From contig JAOPTT010000010.1 of assembly GCA_051531975.1 (NCBI GenBank), forward strand, positions 128,001 to 192,000: a stretch of DNA of 64,000 nt, in the 5' to 3' direction. The DNA comes from Spirochaetaceae bacterium (GTDB lineage: Bacteria > Spirochaetota > Spirochaetia > DSM-2461). Both the position numbers and the translations under genes were made by a program. This document shows, one piece after another, positions 20,303 through 30,233 of the stretch; the stretch's first letter is position 1, and each line of letters starts with the position of its first letter. The notes beneath the pieces were generated by a model, which had not been told where the DNA came from, searched no databases, and saw only the letters and a list, made by a program, of their open reading frames with translations.

Positions 20303-21985
20303 ATGGACTTAAGTGAATTTAAACCTCTAATAGTACAGGGAGACTCATCTCTCCTGCTAGATGTACATAACCCTGATTTTGAAGCAGCTAGGGGAGATAT
20401 AGCACCATTTGCAGAACTGGAGAAGTCTCCAGAGCATATGCATACATATAAAATAACACCTCTTTCTCTGTGGAATGCAGCCTCGGCGGGTATTTCACAT
20501 ACTGAAATATCATTAATCCTAGATAACTACTCAAGATTTCCAGTACCAGATAATGTAAAATTTATTGTACGGGATATTATTAGTAGATATGGAAAAATTA
20601 ATTTAGATAAAACAGAAGAAGATTTGATACTTAAACTTACAGTAGAAGATGAAATAACATACATGGAATTTAGTGCCCAAAAATCATTAAAAACAATTTT
20701 AATGCCAATGGGTAACAAAACATTTCATCTTAAACTATTAGATAGAGGTACTGTTAAACAGGAACTACTAAAACTAGGATACCCTGTAAAAGATTTGGCA
20801 CCTTTAAAAGATGGAGAGCCATATAACTTCAAGTTCAGAGATGAAACTCTATCCGGTAGAACTTTTGGTATAAGAGATTATCAAAAAGAAGCTTGTGATG
20901 CATTTGTTGGTAATAATAAACCAGGAACAGGTTTTGGAACATTAGTACTACCCTGTGGTGCTGGTAAAACAATTGTTGGTATGACTGTTATGGAAAAACT
21001 CCAAACAAATACACTAATATTAACTACAAATGTAGCAGCAGTTCACCAATGGATTGATGAAATCGCAGATAAAACAGATATCCCCAAGGAAGAGATTGGT
21101 GAATATACTGGAGATAGAAAAGTAATTAAACCAATTACAGTTGCAACATACCAAATATTAGTTTGGAGAAAAAACAAAGAAAGTGATTTCCCCCACTTTG
21201 ATATATTTAGAACTGGAAATTGGGGATTAATAGTATACGATGAAGTACACCTACTTCCAGCGCCAGTATTTAAGGTAACTGCTGAAATTCAAGCAGTGAG
21301 AAGAGTTGGATTAACAGCTACACTAATACGTGAAGATGGAGCCGAAGGAGATGTTTTTACTCTTGTTGGTCCTAAAAGATACGATGTACCCTGGAAACAG
21401 CTAGAAGAAAAAGGTTGGATAGCTACAGCATATTGCCACGAAATTAGAGTAGATTTATACGAAGACTTAAAAATTAAATATGCAGTTGCAGATAAAAGAG
21501 CAAAGTTTAGAATTGCAAGTGAAAACCCATGGAAAGTTTCAATAATTAAAAAACTTCTAATACAACACAAGGATGACCAAACATTAGTTATTGGCCAGTA
21601 TGTTGACCAGTTAGTAGAGATTGCGAAAATAATTAATGCTCCACTAATTACTGGAAAAACTCCTAACCCAGAACGAGAAGTTATATTTGATAAGTTCAAA
21701 CGAGGTGAAGTTAAAGTTATTGTTGTTTCTAAAGTAGCTAACTTCGCCATAAATCTACCTGACGCATCTGTTGCTATACAGGTATCAGGAACTTTTGGTT
21801 CTAGACAGGAAGAAGCCCAAAGATTAGGTCGTATATTACGACCTAAACAGAGAGATTCTAATTTTTATTCTGTGGTAACTAGACATACAACAGAAGAAAC
21901 ATTTGCAGCGAATAGACAAAAATTTTTAACAGAGCAAGGTTATAAATACAATATTGAAATATGGAATACAAAGGATCTTATGTAA
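20303..21985 (+). CDS. xpb: XPB/Ssl2 (ERCC3)-like SF2 DNA helicase
   Basis: N-terminal PLIVQGD...ELEKSPEHMHTY, RDYQ, LPCGAGKT, DEVH, GLTATLIRED (RED motif), GSRQEEAQRLGRILR. Confidence 0.93.
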   Translation: MDLSEFKPLIVQGDSSLLLDVHNPDFEAARGDIAPFAELEKSPEHMHTYKITPLSLWNAASAGISHTEISLILDNYSRFPVPDNVKFIVRDIISRYGKINLDKTEEDLILKLTVEDEITYMEFSAQKSLKTILMPMGNKTFHLKLLDRGTVKQELLKLGYPVKDLAPLKDGEPYNFKFRDETLSGRTFGIRDYQKEACDAFVGNNKPGTGFGTLVLPCGAGKTIVGMTVMEKLQTNTLILTTNVAAVHQWIDEIADKTDIPKEEIGEYTGDRKVIKPITVATYQILVWRKNKESDFPHFDIFRTGNWGLIVYDEVHLLPAPVFKVTAEIQAVRRVGLTATLIREDGAEGDVFTLVGPKRYDVPWKQLEEKGWIATAYCHEIRVDLYEDLKIKYAVADKRAKFRIASENPWKVSIIKKLLIQHKDDQTLVIGQYVDQLVEIAKIINAPLITGKTPNPEREVIFDKFKRGEVKVIVVSKVANFAINLPDASVAIQVSGTFGSRQEEAQRLGRILRPKQRDSNFYSVVTRHTTEETFAANRQKFLTEQGYKYNIEIWNTKDLM

Positions 21986-23946
21986 TGGATAACTCAGAAC
22001 AATGGAAACATATAATGTTAACCCTACCGGATAACTACTTTTTTGAATTAATGAAGAATTATTTAGGTCGGATAGAGACCCCTTTTAACAAACATGATCT
22101 TGTTAATAACCTCTCTAGTTTTCTTGTAAAAAACAATGCAGAAGAGAAGATTCTAAAAAACTTAGATGAAAAAGAGATTCTTCTATTAACATCTGTAGAA
22201 TTTATAGAAAACCCTACTGCAAAATCTATTTATGAGTTCTTTTTAGGAGATATTCCATTTATAGAAATGTGTGATATTTTAAAAACTCTAGAAGAAAAAC
22301 TAATAATATATAGTGAAAAAAGTATAATATTTATTTCACCTCTTTTTGGAAAAGAAGTAAGAAGTAAAATAGTAAATCCAGGATTATTATATAAAAGTGA
22401 AGAGATTCAACCAACACCTGGTAAAATGTTGTGGTTATCAGACTCCCTTATACTTAGTTTTTTATCTTTTTTAATACACCAAAAAGATCTTTTAAAATCT
22501 AGTGGAGCTTTTAAAAAGAGAGCATATAACCAGATAGAGGAACTATTTCCAACTCTTTTTCTAGAAGAAGAAGGGAAAAGACGATTAGAGCTAGTTAGAC
22601 GAGTTATACATAATTTAAACCTTGTGAGAATTGATGGTACATCATTAATTCCCCAAGAAGAGATTTGGAAAGAGTTAATCGAGTTACCTAAAAAGAAATC
22701 TTGGTTATATATGATTGCAGCTGGTACAACAGAAAGTTCCCATGATCTTGGAGATCGTGTTGCTACAGTAAAAAGAATAATAGATACAATACCTACAACT
22801 AGAAGTTTTTACCCAGATAATCTTAAAAAATTAATTAAGGCGTTAAGTTCAGATACTCATTTAACAAATAACTGTTCAGTTACAGAATTAATAGACGATT
22901 TAGTAACTCTTAATGTGCTTGAAACATTAGAAAATGGTACTATTACTAAAAACCCTCTACTTGATTTAGATAACCTTAATCATGATTATGGTGACAAAAA
23001 AACTATAATTTTACAGCCTAATTTTGATATAACATATAAGCCATGGATTAATCTAAAAGATGGTTATTTAATTGCTATTTTTTGTAACTTAAAAAAAATG
23101 GATATCTATACTGAATTAGCATTAACAAAAGAGAGCTTTATTAGGGGTTTAACGCTAGATAGCCTAGAAAATTTTGTTGATATAATAACTCAGATCACAG
23201 GAGTTCCAGTTCCAGATAATATACTGTTAACTTTAAAAGAGTGGGAAAAGGAATCAACAAAAGCTACACACTATGAAGCTTCTGTTCTATTACTAGATAA
23301 AGACAAAGAGTTTATATTAAAAGAGACTGGTGTTATAGATCACTTAATATTGTTAAATCCTGCTGACGGAGTATATTTAATTAAACAGGAGAATTATAAA
23401 CATGCTAAACAACTTTTAGAAAGTGTTGATATTGTGCCTGTAGATAAAAACCACTCTGTACCGTTAGAACAAGTATCACTACCTACTTATTACAGTAATT
23501 TACCTTTGACAATTAACTGGGAAGTAAAAGAGATTGATAAAAAGGATTCTACTACAAAATCAAGTTTAGAAAGTTTTATTAGGGATATATCAGCATCTGC
23601 TGAAGAGAAAGATGATCTTAGAAAGAGAGTATCTAGGGGAATTATATTTACTAAAGAGCAGATAAAACCTGGTATAAGTAAAACTGATTTCTCTGAAGCT
23701 AAAGGTATAAATTATCAGGCAAAATTAAGACTTATTGAAGTTAGTTTAAAATCATCTAACGATAGACTAGAGATAAATTTTGTTGAAGACTTCCAGATAA
23801 AAAAGGAATTAATATTACCAGAAAAGATAGAGAAAGATGGTGATTTAAGAATTCTTGTTGGGCAAAAGTTACCACAAGAAGAGGAATTTTCAATCGATAT
23901 AAGTAAAATTAGTCTTGTTAAAAGAATACAAACAACTCTATTTTAG
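21985..23946 (+). CDS. XPB-associated protein with Helicase_C_3-like domain and probable C-terminal WYL-like domain
   Basis: TAATG stop/start overlap with xpb; IILQPNFDI...LTKESFIRGL...VPDNILLTLKEW resembles the XPB N-terminus; beta-rich C-terminal 70 aa. Confidence 0.7.
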   Translation: MDNSEQWKHIMLTLPDNYFFELMKNYLGRIETPFNKHDLVNNLSSFLVKNNAEEKILKNLDEKEILLLTSVEFIENPTAKSIYEFFLGDIPFIEMCDILKTLEEKLIIYSEKSIIFISPLFGKEVRSKIVNPGLLYKSEEIQPTPGKMLWLSDSLILSFLSFLIHQKDLLKSSGAFKKRAYNQIEELFPTLFLEEEGKRRLELVRRVIHNLNLVRIDGTSLIPQEEIWKELIELPKKKSWLYMIAAGTTESSHDLGDRVATVKRIIDTIPTTRSFYPDNLKKLIKALSSDTHLTNNCSVTELIDDLVTLNVLETLENGTITKNPLLDLDNLNHDYGDKKTIILQPNFDITYKPWINLKDGYLIAIFCNLKKMDIYTELALTKESFIRGLTLDSLENFVDIITQITGVPVPDNILLTLKEWEKESTKATHYEASVLLLDKDKEFILKETGVIDHLILLNPADGVYLIKQENYKHAKQLLESVDIVPVDKNHSVPLEQVSLPTYYSNLPLTINWEVKEIDKKDSTTKSSLESFIRDISASAEEKDDLRKRVSRGIIFTKEQIKPGISKTDFSEAKGINYQAKLRLIEVSLKSSNDRLEINFVEDFQIKKELILPEKIEKDGDLRILVGQKLPQEEEFSIDISKISLVKRIQTTLF

Positions 23947-25388
23947 TCTATAGGGTAGTCTAAACCAGTAAACAGTTTATACTGCCTGTAGCCTTGTTCT
24001 TTTAACATATCCATTCCATTTAAAATATTACACCCAGCTTGTTTACCTCGGTCTAAAAACTTAGTAACTGCTGGTGTGTATATAATATCATATAGAAACT
24101 CTGTTCCATTAAAGTTATAAAATTCTAATGGATCAATCTCTTCTAATGGGTGCATACCGGCATTTGTTGTCTGAATAATAATATCACTACTTTTTTTTAT
24201 TAAATGTACAGAGCTTGAATTAAGTGGAGCATAGGATGAGGAGAACTGCCCAGCTAAATCTGCAGCTTTCTCTAAAGTCCGATTAACAACTAAGACTTCA
24301 ACATTCTCTTCTTTTAATGCATATAAAGCAGCTTTTGTAGAGCCTCCAGCACCAATTATAGTGGCTTTTTTACCAGCTAATGTTCCAACAGCTTCTAATA
24401 ATGGATTAATAAAACCAATATAATCTGTATTTTCCCCAATCCAACTTTCACCTATTTTAGTGACTGTATTACATGCACCAATCATTTTTACACTATCAGT
24501 AAAACTTGTAACAAGGGGGATTATATCAGTCTTAAATGGCACAGTTACCGAAAATCCATCAATATTTAACAGATTCGCTATTTTTAAAAATGATTCTAAA
24601 TCATCTGTTTCAAATGGAACATATACAGAATTTAGTCCTTGTTTTTTATAACCATCATTGTGGATAACTGGGGATTTTGTATGCATAACTGGATTACCAA
24701 TTATACCCATAATTTTAGTCTCAAAATTAATCTCTTTAAATCTATAAACATTGTTTAATACTTCTGGACTGGCATGACCAGGGGCAGCAGAACTGCCCTC
24801 TTTAGAACAAAAAGTTAATATGGATCCAAATTTACCAGCAAGAATCCTAGTATTAAAACCAACGTTGCCCATACCAAGTAGAATCTTATCTTCTGATTTA
24901 ATGGATAAAGCTTGTGTATAAAATTCAAGCAGATCTTTTGTTGTATTAATCATCACCGCAGCTTTTGGAATTTCATCTGGTGATTTTTTACACCCAGTTA
25001 ACCTTTTAGCTAAGTTTTTAGGAACTCCATTAAAGTCATGAAATGAACGAATAATTTTAACAGAATTTTCCCCAGCTATCTCTTCAAGATGAGGGGCATC
25101 TAAATCCTCTTCTAAATCAACATAAGAGAAGACACCACTTTTTATTCCCATATTTAAAATCTGAATTCTATAATTTTCATCACCATCAAATAGACCACCA
25201 TCACATGTTTTTCTAAATGTTAAAATAACAGGGATGTCTTGTCTAAACTCTCCAAGCATTAACTGGTCAGAAACATCAAGATAATCGACTCGTAATTCTA
25301 TAAGGTCTATTGGTTCAGTTATCCCTTTTAGTACGTTATAACAGTCATCTAGTCTTCTCTCAGTTAACGTTAAACATAGCTTACTCAT
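23943..25388 (-). CDS. aroDE: Bifunctional type I 3-dehydroquinate dehydratase / shikimate dehydrogenase
   Basis: DHQase: IELRVD, ILTFR, YVDLE, SFHDF, IPKAAV, SAAPG. SDH: HTKSPVIHN, SVTVPFK, GACNT, NTD, GAGG. Confidence 0.92.
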   Translation of the reverse strand: MSKLCLTLTERRLDDCYNVLKGITEPIDLIELRVDYLDVSDQLMLGEFRQDIPVILTFRKTCDGGLFDGDENYRIQILNMGIKSGVFSYVDLEEDLDAPHLEEIAGENSVKIIRSFHDFNGVPKNLAKRLTGCKKSPDEIPKAAVMINTTKDLLEFYTQALSIKSEDKILLGMGNVGFNTRILAGKFGSILTFCSKEGSSAAPGHASPEVLNNVYRFKEINFETKIMGIIGNPVMHTKSPVIHNDGYKKQGLNSVYVPFETDDLESFLKIANLLNIDGFSVTVPFKTDIIPLVTSFTDSVKMIGACNTVTKIGESWIGENTDYIGFINPLLEAVGTLAGKKATIIGAGGSTKAALYALKEENVEVLVVNRTLEKAADLAGQFSSSYAPLNSSSVHLIKKSSDIIIQTTNAGMHPLEEIDPLEFYNFNGTEFLYDIIYTPAVTKFLDRGKQAGCNILNGMDMLKEQGYRQYKLFTGLDYPID

Positions 25389-25819
25389 TAATAGTCTCCT
25401 CTATACAGATAAATATCATCCAATATATCATTAGAAAAATATAACCTTAAATAACGATGAAATCCCTGATCAGGAAGTTTATATATTATTGAATTTTCAA
25501 TAACCTTAATTGGTTCTCCTAATGTTTCAATAACCTGTTTTTTAGTATTACCAATTTCGATATCACCAATAGGTTCACTATATTTATTATCGACCCTTAC
25601 CTGCCACACTCTGTTATTATTAAAATATAGATATATTCTATTCTTATAAAAGAATACAACATCATCCTCTTTTGGAGTCTCACCTCTCTCTGTATAACAA
25701 AACTCTGGAGAACCAAGGATATTTATAGCAATTTCTGGAGTAATTCCTAAATGATCCTCAATAGAATAGATATTTGTAATGTTATATATAAACAGTAGTA
25801 ATATAGTTAATTTTCTCAT
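25388..25819 (-). CDS. Hypothetical exported protein
   Basis: 143-aa ORF with a signal-like N-terminus, translationally coupled to aroDE (TAATG). Confidence 0.75.
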   Translation of the reverse strand: MRKLTILLLFIYNITNIYSIEDHLGITPEIAINILGSPEFCYTERGETPKEDDVVFFYKNRIYLYFNNNRVWQVRVDNKYSEPIGDIEIGNTKKQVIETLGEPIKVIENSIIYKLPDQGFHRYLRLYFSNDILDDIYLYRGDY

Positions 25820-25828
25820 GACTTTAGA

Positions 25829-26602
25829 TTATACATTTTCTAGAAACTGGTCAAACTCTCTTATGTTTTTAATATTAATTGCATTGTATTTTGCTATACC
25901 TTTAAAGCCGATACCATATGCAATAGGTTTTTGCTCTTTAAATGCAAATTTAATAGAGTGTTCACTTCCACCACCGGCTTGTGATTCAATAACAAAAAGT
26001 CCATTTGAAAGACCTGTTATAATTCTATTTCTATTTATACATCTAAACTTTTTTATACATGTATATGGAGGATACTCAGATAAGATGAGACCATTATCTA
26101 ATACCCAGGGAGCTATATTTTCATTATAACCCATGGGAATTACGGCAATAGTTTTACCAAACAATTCAACTGTGGTTTTATGGGCTAAAGAATCACAACC
26201 ATTTGCCAAACCACTAACAATTATCCAACTGTTTTTAACCGCCCTGGTTACAATTCTCTTGCCAATATTACAACCTCTAGCACAAGGGGTTCTAGTACCA
26301 ACTACAGCAAGTAGTTTTTTGCTATTTAATAAGTTTTGCTCACCTTTAATATAAAAGAGAAGTGGCGAATCTATTATATTAGAAAATTCACAGGGTATAA
26401 TCTTCATACCTAATTTAAAGCAGTTCTCTTTTATCCTTTTTACTTCATCCATATACGAACAATAACTGTTTCCAGTCTCTTTTTTTATGAGATAATAAAA
26501 AAAATCAGTATCAGACATAAAGTTTCTGTTATCAAATATAAATTTTTTAATACGAACTAAGCCAAAGCCTGGTATAGCCTGCAGTAGTAATATTTTATCC
26601 AT
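25829..26602 (-). CDS. dprA: DprA/Smf-like DNA-processing protein (short form without C-terminal winged helix)
   Basis: AVVGTR, VSGLANGCDSLAH, SEYP, RNRIITGLS, VIES..GGS. Confidence 0.8.
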   Translation of the reverse strand: MDKILLLQAIPGFGLVRIKKFIFDNRNFMSDTDFFYYLIKKETGNSYCSYMDEVKRIKENCFKLGMKIIPCEFSNIIDSPLLFYIKGEQNLLNSKKLLAVVGTRTPCARGCNIGKRIVTRAVKNSWIIVSGLANGCDSLAHKTTVELFGKTIAVIPMGYNENIAPWVLDNGLILSEYPPYTCIKKFRCINRNRIITGLSNGLFVIESQAGGGSEHSIKFAFKEQKPIAYGIGFKGIAKYNAINIKNIREFDQFLENV

Positions 26603-26640
26603 ATCTATTATATAACTAAAAAAAATGGTAAAATTTGATT

Positions 26641-27273
26641 ATGTTTAATTTAAATACAGACTTATTAGTAATTGATTTAGAAGCCACAGCTGGTGTAGAT
26701 GAAAATGGAAATCAGACAAATAATTATATTATAGACTTAGGTGCAGTTCTGCTAAATAGAGATCTGGAAATTGTATCTACATTTGAGTCATTGGTTAAAC
26801 CAGAAGAAGAAATTTCTGAATTTATAACTAAATTAACCCATATAGATAACAGTATGGTCAAAAATGAGGATCTTTTTCCCCTAGTATCAGAAAAGTTTTA
26901 TGCGTGGTTAATTGATAATTTAGAAGGTAGAAGCATTAAAAAAGTACGATTATGTGCTTGGGGTACTTATTTTGATATCCCACTACTAAGAAAAATATAT
27001 AGTAAATACAATCTAAATTTTCCTTTTTCTGGAACAGCATTTGACATAAAAACCATGGCTTTAATGTGGCATAGTCTAAGTGGTAGAAAGACAGATAAAT
27101 TACAAGTTTCCACAGTTGCAAAAGAGATGAAAATAAAAGCTGAGGGACAATATCACAGAGCTATTACAGATGCTATTGTAGAAGCAAAAATATTACAAAG
27201 AGTTTGGGCTGACCTCCAGGGAATATTTATAGATGGGAAAAAAGGTGTAGAACATTTTAACCTCACAATATAA
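26641..27273 (+). CDS. DEDDh 3'-5' exonuclease (ERI-1/KapD-like)
   Basis: VIDLEAT (ExoI), WGTYFD (ExoII), HRAITDA (ExoIII). ATG 26641 preferred over TTG 26635. Confidence 0.88.
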   Translation: MFNLNTDLLVIDLEATAGVDENGNQTNNYIIDLGAVLLNRDLEIVSTFESLVKPEEEISEFITKLTHIDNSMVKNEDLFPLVSEKFYAWLIDNLEGRSIKKVRLCAWGTYFDIPLLRKIYSKYNLNFPFSGTAFDIKTMALMWHSLSGRKTDKLQVSTVAKEMKIKAEGQYHRAITDAIVEAKILQRVWADLQGIFIDGKKGVEHFNLTI

Positions 27274-27280
27274 CTTATAA

Positions 27281-27310
27281 AATAAAAAACCGCCTAAATA
27301 GGCGGTTATA
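27281..27310. terminator. Intrinsic terminator between convergent genes, strongest for the minus strand
   Basis: Stem AACCGCCT/AGGCGGTT (27288-27307) with a 4-nt loop; a T-run follows on the minus strand. Confidence 0.8.
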
Positions 27311-27330
27311 TAATTATGTTTTAATCTAGT

Positions 27331-27816
27331 TTATAATCCAATTCTTGTTTTAAGACCCATTGTTAATAACCCACCCTCAGCAACATCAGCTTCAGTTGTT
27401 GTTGCACCAGCAGCAATAGTTGATCCATTAGATGCATACCAATTTAGATAAATACCTAAAGAAGTAAAAAAACCTTTCTTTTTAGTAAAGAAGTCATAAC
27501 CTAGCCCTGCACCAAAACCTAATAAATCCCCAACTTGACCTGTGTACATAGTTATTGTTGTATCTTTAACAGGAGTATAAGATATATTTACAGTATTAAT
27601 AGAGATATCCCCAACTTTCGTAAATGTAAATCCCCCACCAATTGTTTCGTTAAATGAGTATGAAAACCCAACTAAACTAGAACCTGCAATCTCACCATCA
27701 CCAACTTCTAAAGAAGCTCCTGATCCAATTTCAAAAGCAAAATAATCTGGTACCTCAGCAAAACTACTAATGATTGCAATCGTTACTACAATTAATGATA
27801 ATACTAGTTTTTTCAT
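27331..27816 (-). CDS. Exported protein, probable small outer-membrane beta-barrel
   Basis: Signal peptide ending SFA; alternating Gly/aromatic strands (GFSYSF, GAGLGYDF, GIYLNWY, GLKTRIGL); own promoter TTGAAT-17-TAGAAT and SD AGGAG. Confidence 0.6.
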   Translation of the reverse strand: MKKLVLSLIVVTIAIISSFAEVPDYFAFEIGSGASLEVGDGEIAGSSLVGFSYSFNETIGGGFTFTKVGDISINTVNISYTPVKDTTITMYTGQVGDLLGFGAGLGYDFFTKKKGFFTSLGIYLNWYASNGSTIAAGATTTEADVAEGGLLTMGLKTRIGL

Positions 27817-27883
27817 TTTTAAAATCTCCTAGGTATTTTTTGTATTCTAATTAAGTGCCTAAATAAATTCAAGTAGAAAATAA

Positions 27884-29077
27884 TTACATATTTTTTATTA
27901 TTAGCTGGGCATACTCTTTAGTTCCTAAAGTTACAGGGGATCCACTCATCATAGAAGCTAAATCTCCAGTTACATTTTTAGATTTTATAGTTTTACTAAC
28001 ACCACTTTCTAATAGATCTGCAACTTCTTGCCATCCCATATACTCAAACATCATTTTACCAGATAAAATTACAGAAGATGGATTTGCCATATTTTTACCT
28101 GCAATATCAGGTGCAGTTCCATGGGTAGCCTCAAATATAGCAACACCTGTGTGATAATTAATATTTGCACCAGGAGAAATACCAATACCACCAACTTGAG
28201 CAGCTAAAGCATCTGAACAATAATCACCATTTAGGTTAAGAGTTGCAACAACATCGTAAGCTTCAGGTTTTAAAAGAATATTTTGTAAAAAAGCATCTGC
28301 AATACAGTCGTTAATTAATATTTTATCAGTTTCTGTAGGATCTTTAGTTACTTGGTCTGCATACTCTCTTAATGCTACCTCATAACCCCATGTCATAAAA
28401 GCACCTTCTGTAAACTTCATGATATTACCTTTATGAACAAGAGTAACAACTTTTCTGTCATTTTTAATAGCATAATCAACAGCAGCTAATACAAGTCTCT
28501 CTGTAGACTCTTTACTCATTGGTTTAAGTCCTAAACCAGTTTCACCTTTTATATTCCAGCCCATCTCTTTTTTTAAGAAAGCTTTTAACTTATCTACTCT
28601 AGGATCATCTGCTGCAACTTCAAAACCAGCATATACATCCTCTGTATTCTCTCTGTAAACAACAATGTCAACTTTTTCTGGCGCTTTTACTGGAGTTTCG
28701 ATACCTGTGTAATATGATATAGGTCGTTGACATACAAATAGATCTAAATTCTGTCTTAAAGTTACATTTAAACTTCTTATTCCACCGCCAACAGGTGTCA
28801 TTAAAGGACCTTTTATACCAATTAAATAATCTCTAAATGAATCCTCAGTCTCCTGGGGTAACCATTCACCGGTTTTTTCAAAAGCTTTTCCACCAGCAAA
28901 AACTTCTAACCAATTAACTTTTTTATTACCACTGTATGCTTTTTCTATTGCAGCATCAAAAACACCCTGTGCCGCCTGCCATATATCTGCTCCAATTCCA
29001 TCACCTTCTATAAAAGGAATTGTAGGATTATCAGGAACAACTAACTTCCCATCGATCATTTTAACTATGTTATTCAT
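27884..29077 (-). CDS. icd: NADP-dependent isocitrate dehydrogenase
   Basis: [60 protein letters not shown]. Confidence 0.97.
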   Translation of the reverse strand: MNNIVKMIDGKLVVPDNPTIPFIEGDGIGADIWQAAQGVFDAAIEKAYSGNKKVNWLEVFAGGKAFEKTGEWLPQETEDSFRDYLIGIKGPLMTPVGGGIRSLNVTLRQNLDLFVCQRPISYYTGIETPVKAPEKVDIVVYRENTEDVYAGFEVAADDPRVDKLKAFLKKEMGWNIKGETGLGLKPMSKESTERLVLAAVDYAIKNDRKVVTLVHKGNIMKFTEGAFMTWGYEVALREYADQVTKDPTETDKILINDCIADAFLQNILLKPEAYDVVATLNLNGDYCSDALAAQVGGIGISPGANINYHTGVAIFEATHGTAPDIAGKNMANPSSVILSGKMMFEYMGWQEVADLLESGVSKTIKSKNVTGDLASMMSGSPVTLGTKEYAQLIIKNM

Positions 29078-29153
29078 ATAAACTCCTTACCTGAATATTA
29101 CTAAATTAGAACAAACTTGCAAAGAGCTATATCACTATGATAGAATCAGCCAT

Positions 29154-30233
29154 ATGAAAATTATCCAGACCATTTTTATAATAGGTTTAACTTTTACAAT
29201 AGTATCCTGTAATAAAAGTGATTATTCCCATTATATAGACAGTAATAATCCCAATAAAGCTGAGTTAGAAAACTTATTTCCACTATTGGAAACCTTTACC
29301 GATTATTCAGAAAATAGATTTACTGTTATGAGTGAAATAATAACAAAAATGTTAATTCAAGAGTCCCCTGGTAAACTTAATTTGCTAATTACAAGCTATG
29401 TATATGATAATCCAGATGATAAATATAACTCATATTATCTATTAAACCTTGCATCTTATTACCTTAAAAACAGTCAAAATGATTTTGCTATCCCATATCT
29501 ACATAGAGTAATAATGGACTATTATGATCTAACTATTCGAGGTGACTCTACACATTTTAAAGCTCTCGAAATTTTAGTTAAGATCTCAGATGATTCTACA
29601 AGAAAGGTCTTTTATTATAAAAAACTCATAAGAGATCACAAAGAAAGAATAGAAAAGAGGGACATATACCCAGGTGGTATAGGTGAGATATATTATTATC
29701 TAGCAGAAACTTTAGAACAAAATGAGAGATGGGAAGAATCTATTGAAGCATATGAAGGTTATCTAGAGAGTCCTGATACAGTCATTCCAAGTAACCCTGA
29801 AGCGAGACTGGATACCGTAAAAAAAGTTGGGTTTTTTAAGTCTGATAAAAAATGGGTAGAGAAAGAGTTAGAGACATTAGTTAGCCGTGTAAAATACGCA
29901 CTTTCTACAAGAAACTCTATAATGTTAGATAAATATAGAGCATTTGATTTTTTTATTATTAACTGGAACTCTAATTATTCAAGTTTAGAAAGTAAAGAGC
30001 ACCTTGAATCATATGTTTTAACAAATATGAAAATATCACCAGCACGAAATTTAGATGCAATGTCAAACGAGAGCGAAGCATTTCTATCTGTTAGTGGTAA
30101 CCCATGGAGTAATTCTATATGGTATGTATATCCAACATGGTATTTTTATTTTAAGAAGGTGGACTTTCCACAAGATCCTGAAATTCATGGAGGTTGGGAA
30201 TGGGCCGGAATATTCCTTGGAGAAAAGCTTTAA
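29154..30233 (+). CDS. TPR-like lipoprotein
   Basis: Lipobox IVSC; helical repeats such as YYYLAETLEQNERWEESIEAYEGYL; Trp-rich C-terminus. Confidence 0.7.
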   Translation: MKIIQTIFIIGLTFTIVSCNKSDYSHYIDSNNPNKAELENLFPLLETFTDYSENRFTVMSEIITKMLIQESPGKLNLLITSYVYDNPDDKYNSYYLLNLASYYLKNSQNDFAIPYLHRVIMDYYDLTIRGDSTHFKALEILVKISDDSTRKVFYYKKLIRDHKERIEKRDIYPGGIGEIYYYLAETLEQNERWEESIEAYEGYLESPDTVIPSNPEARLDTVKKVGFFKSDKKWVEKELETLVSRVKYALSTRNSIMLDKYRAFDFFIINWNSNYSSLESKEHLESYVLTNMKISPARNLDAMSNESEAFLSVSGNPWSNSIWYVYPTWYFYFKKVDFPQDPEIHGGWEWAGIFLGEKL

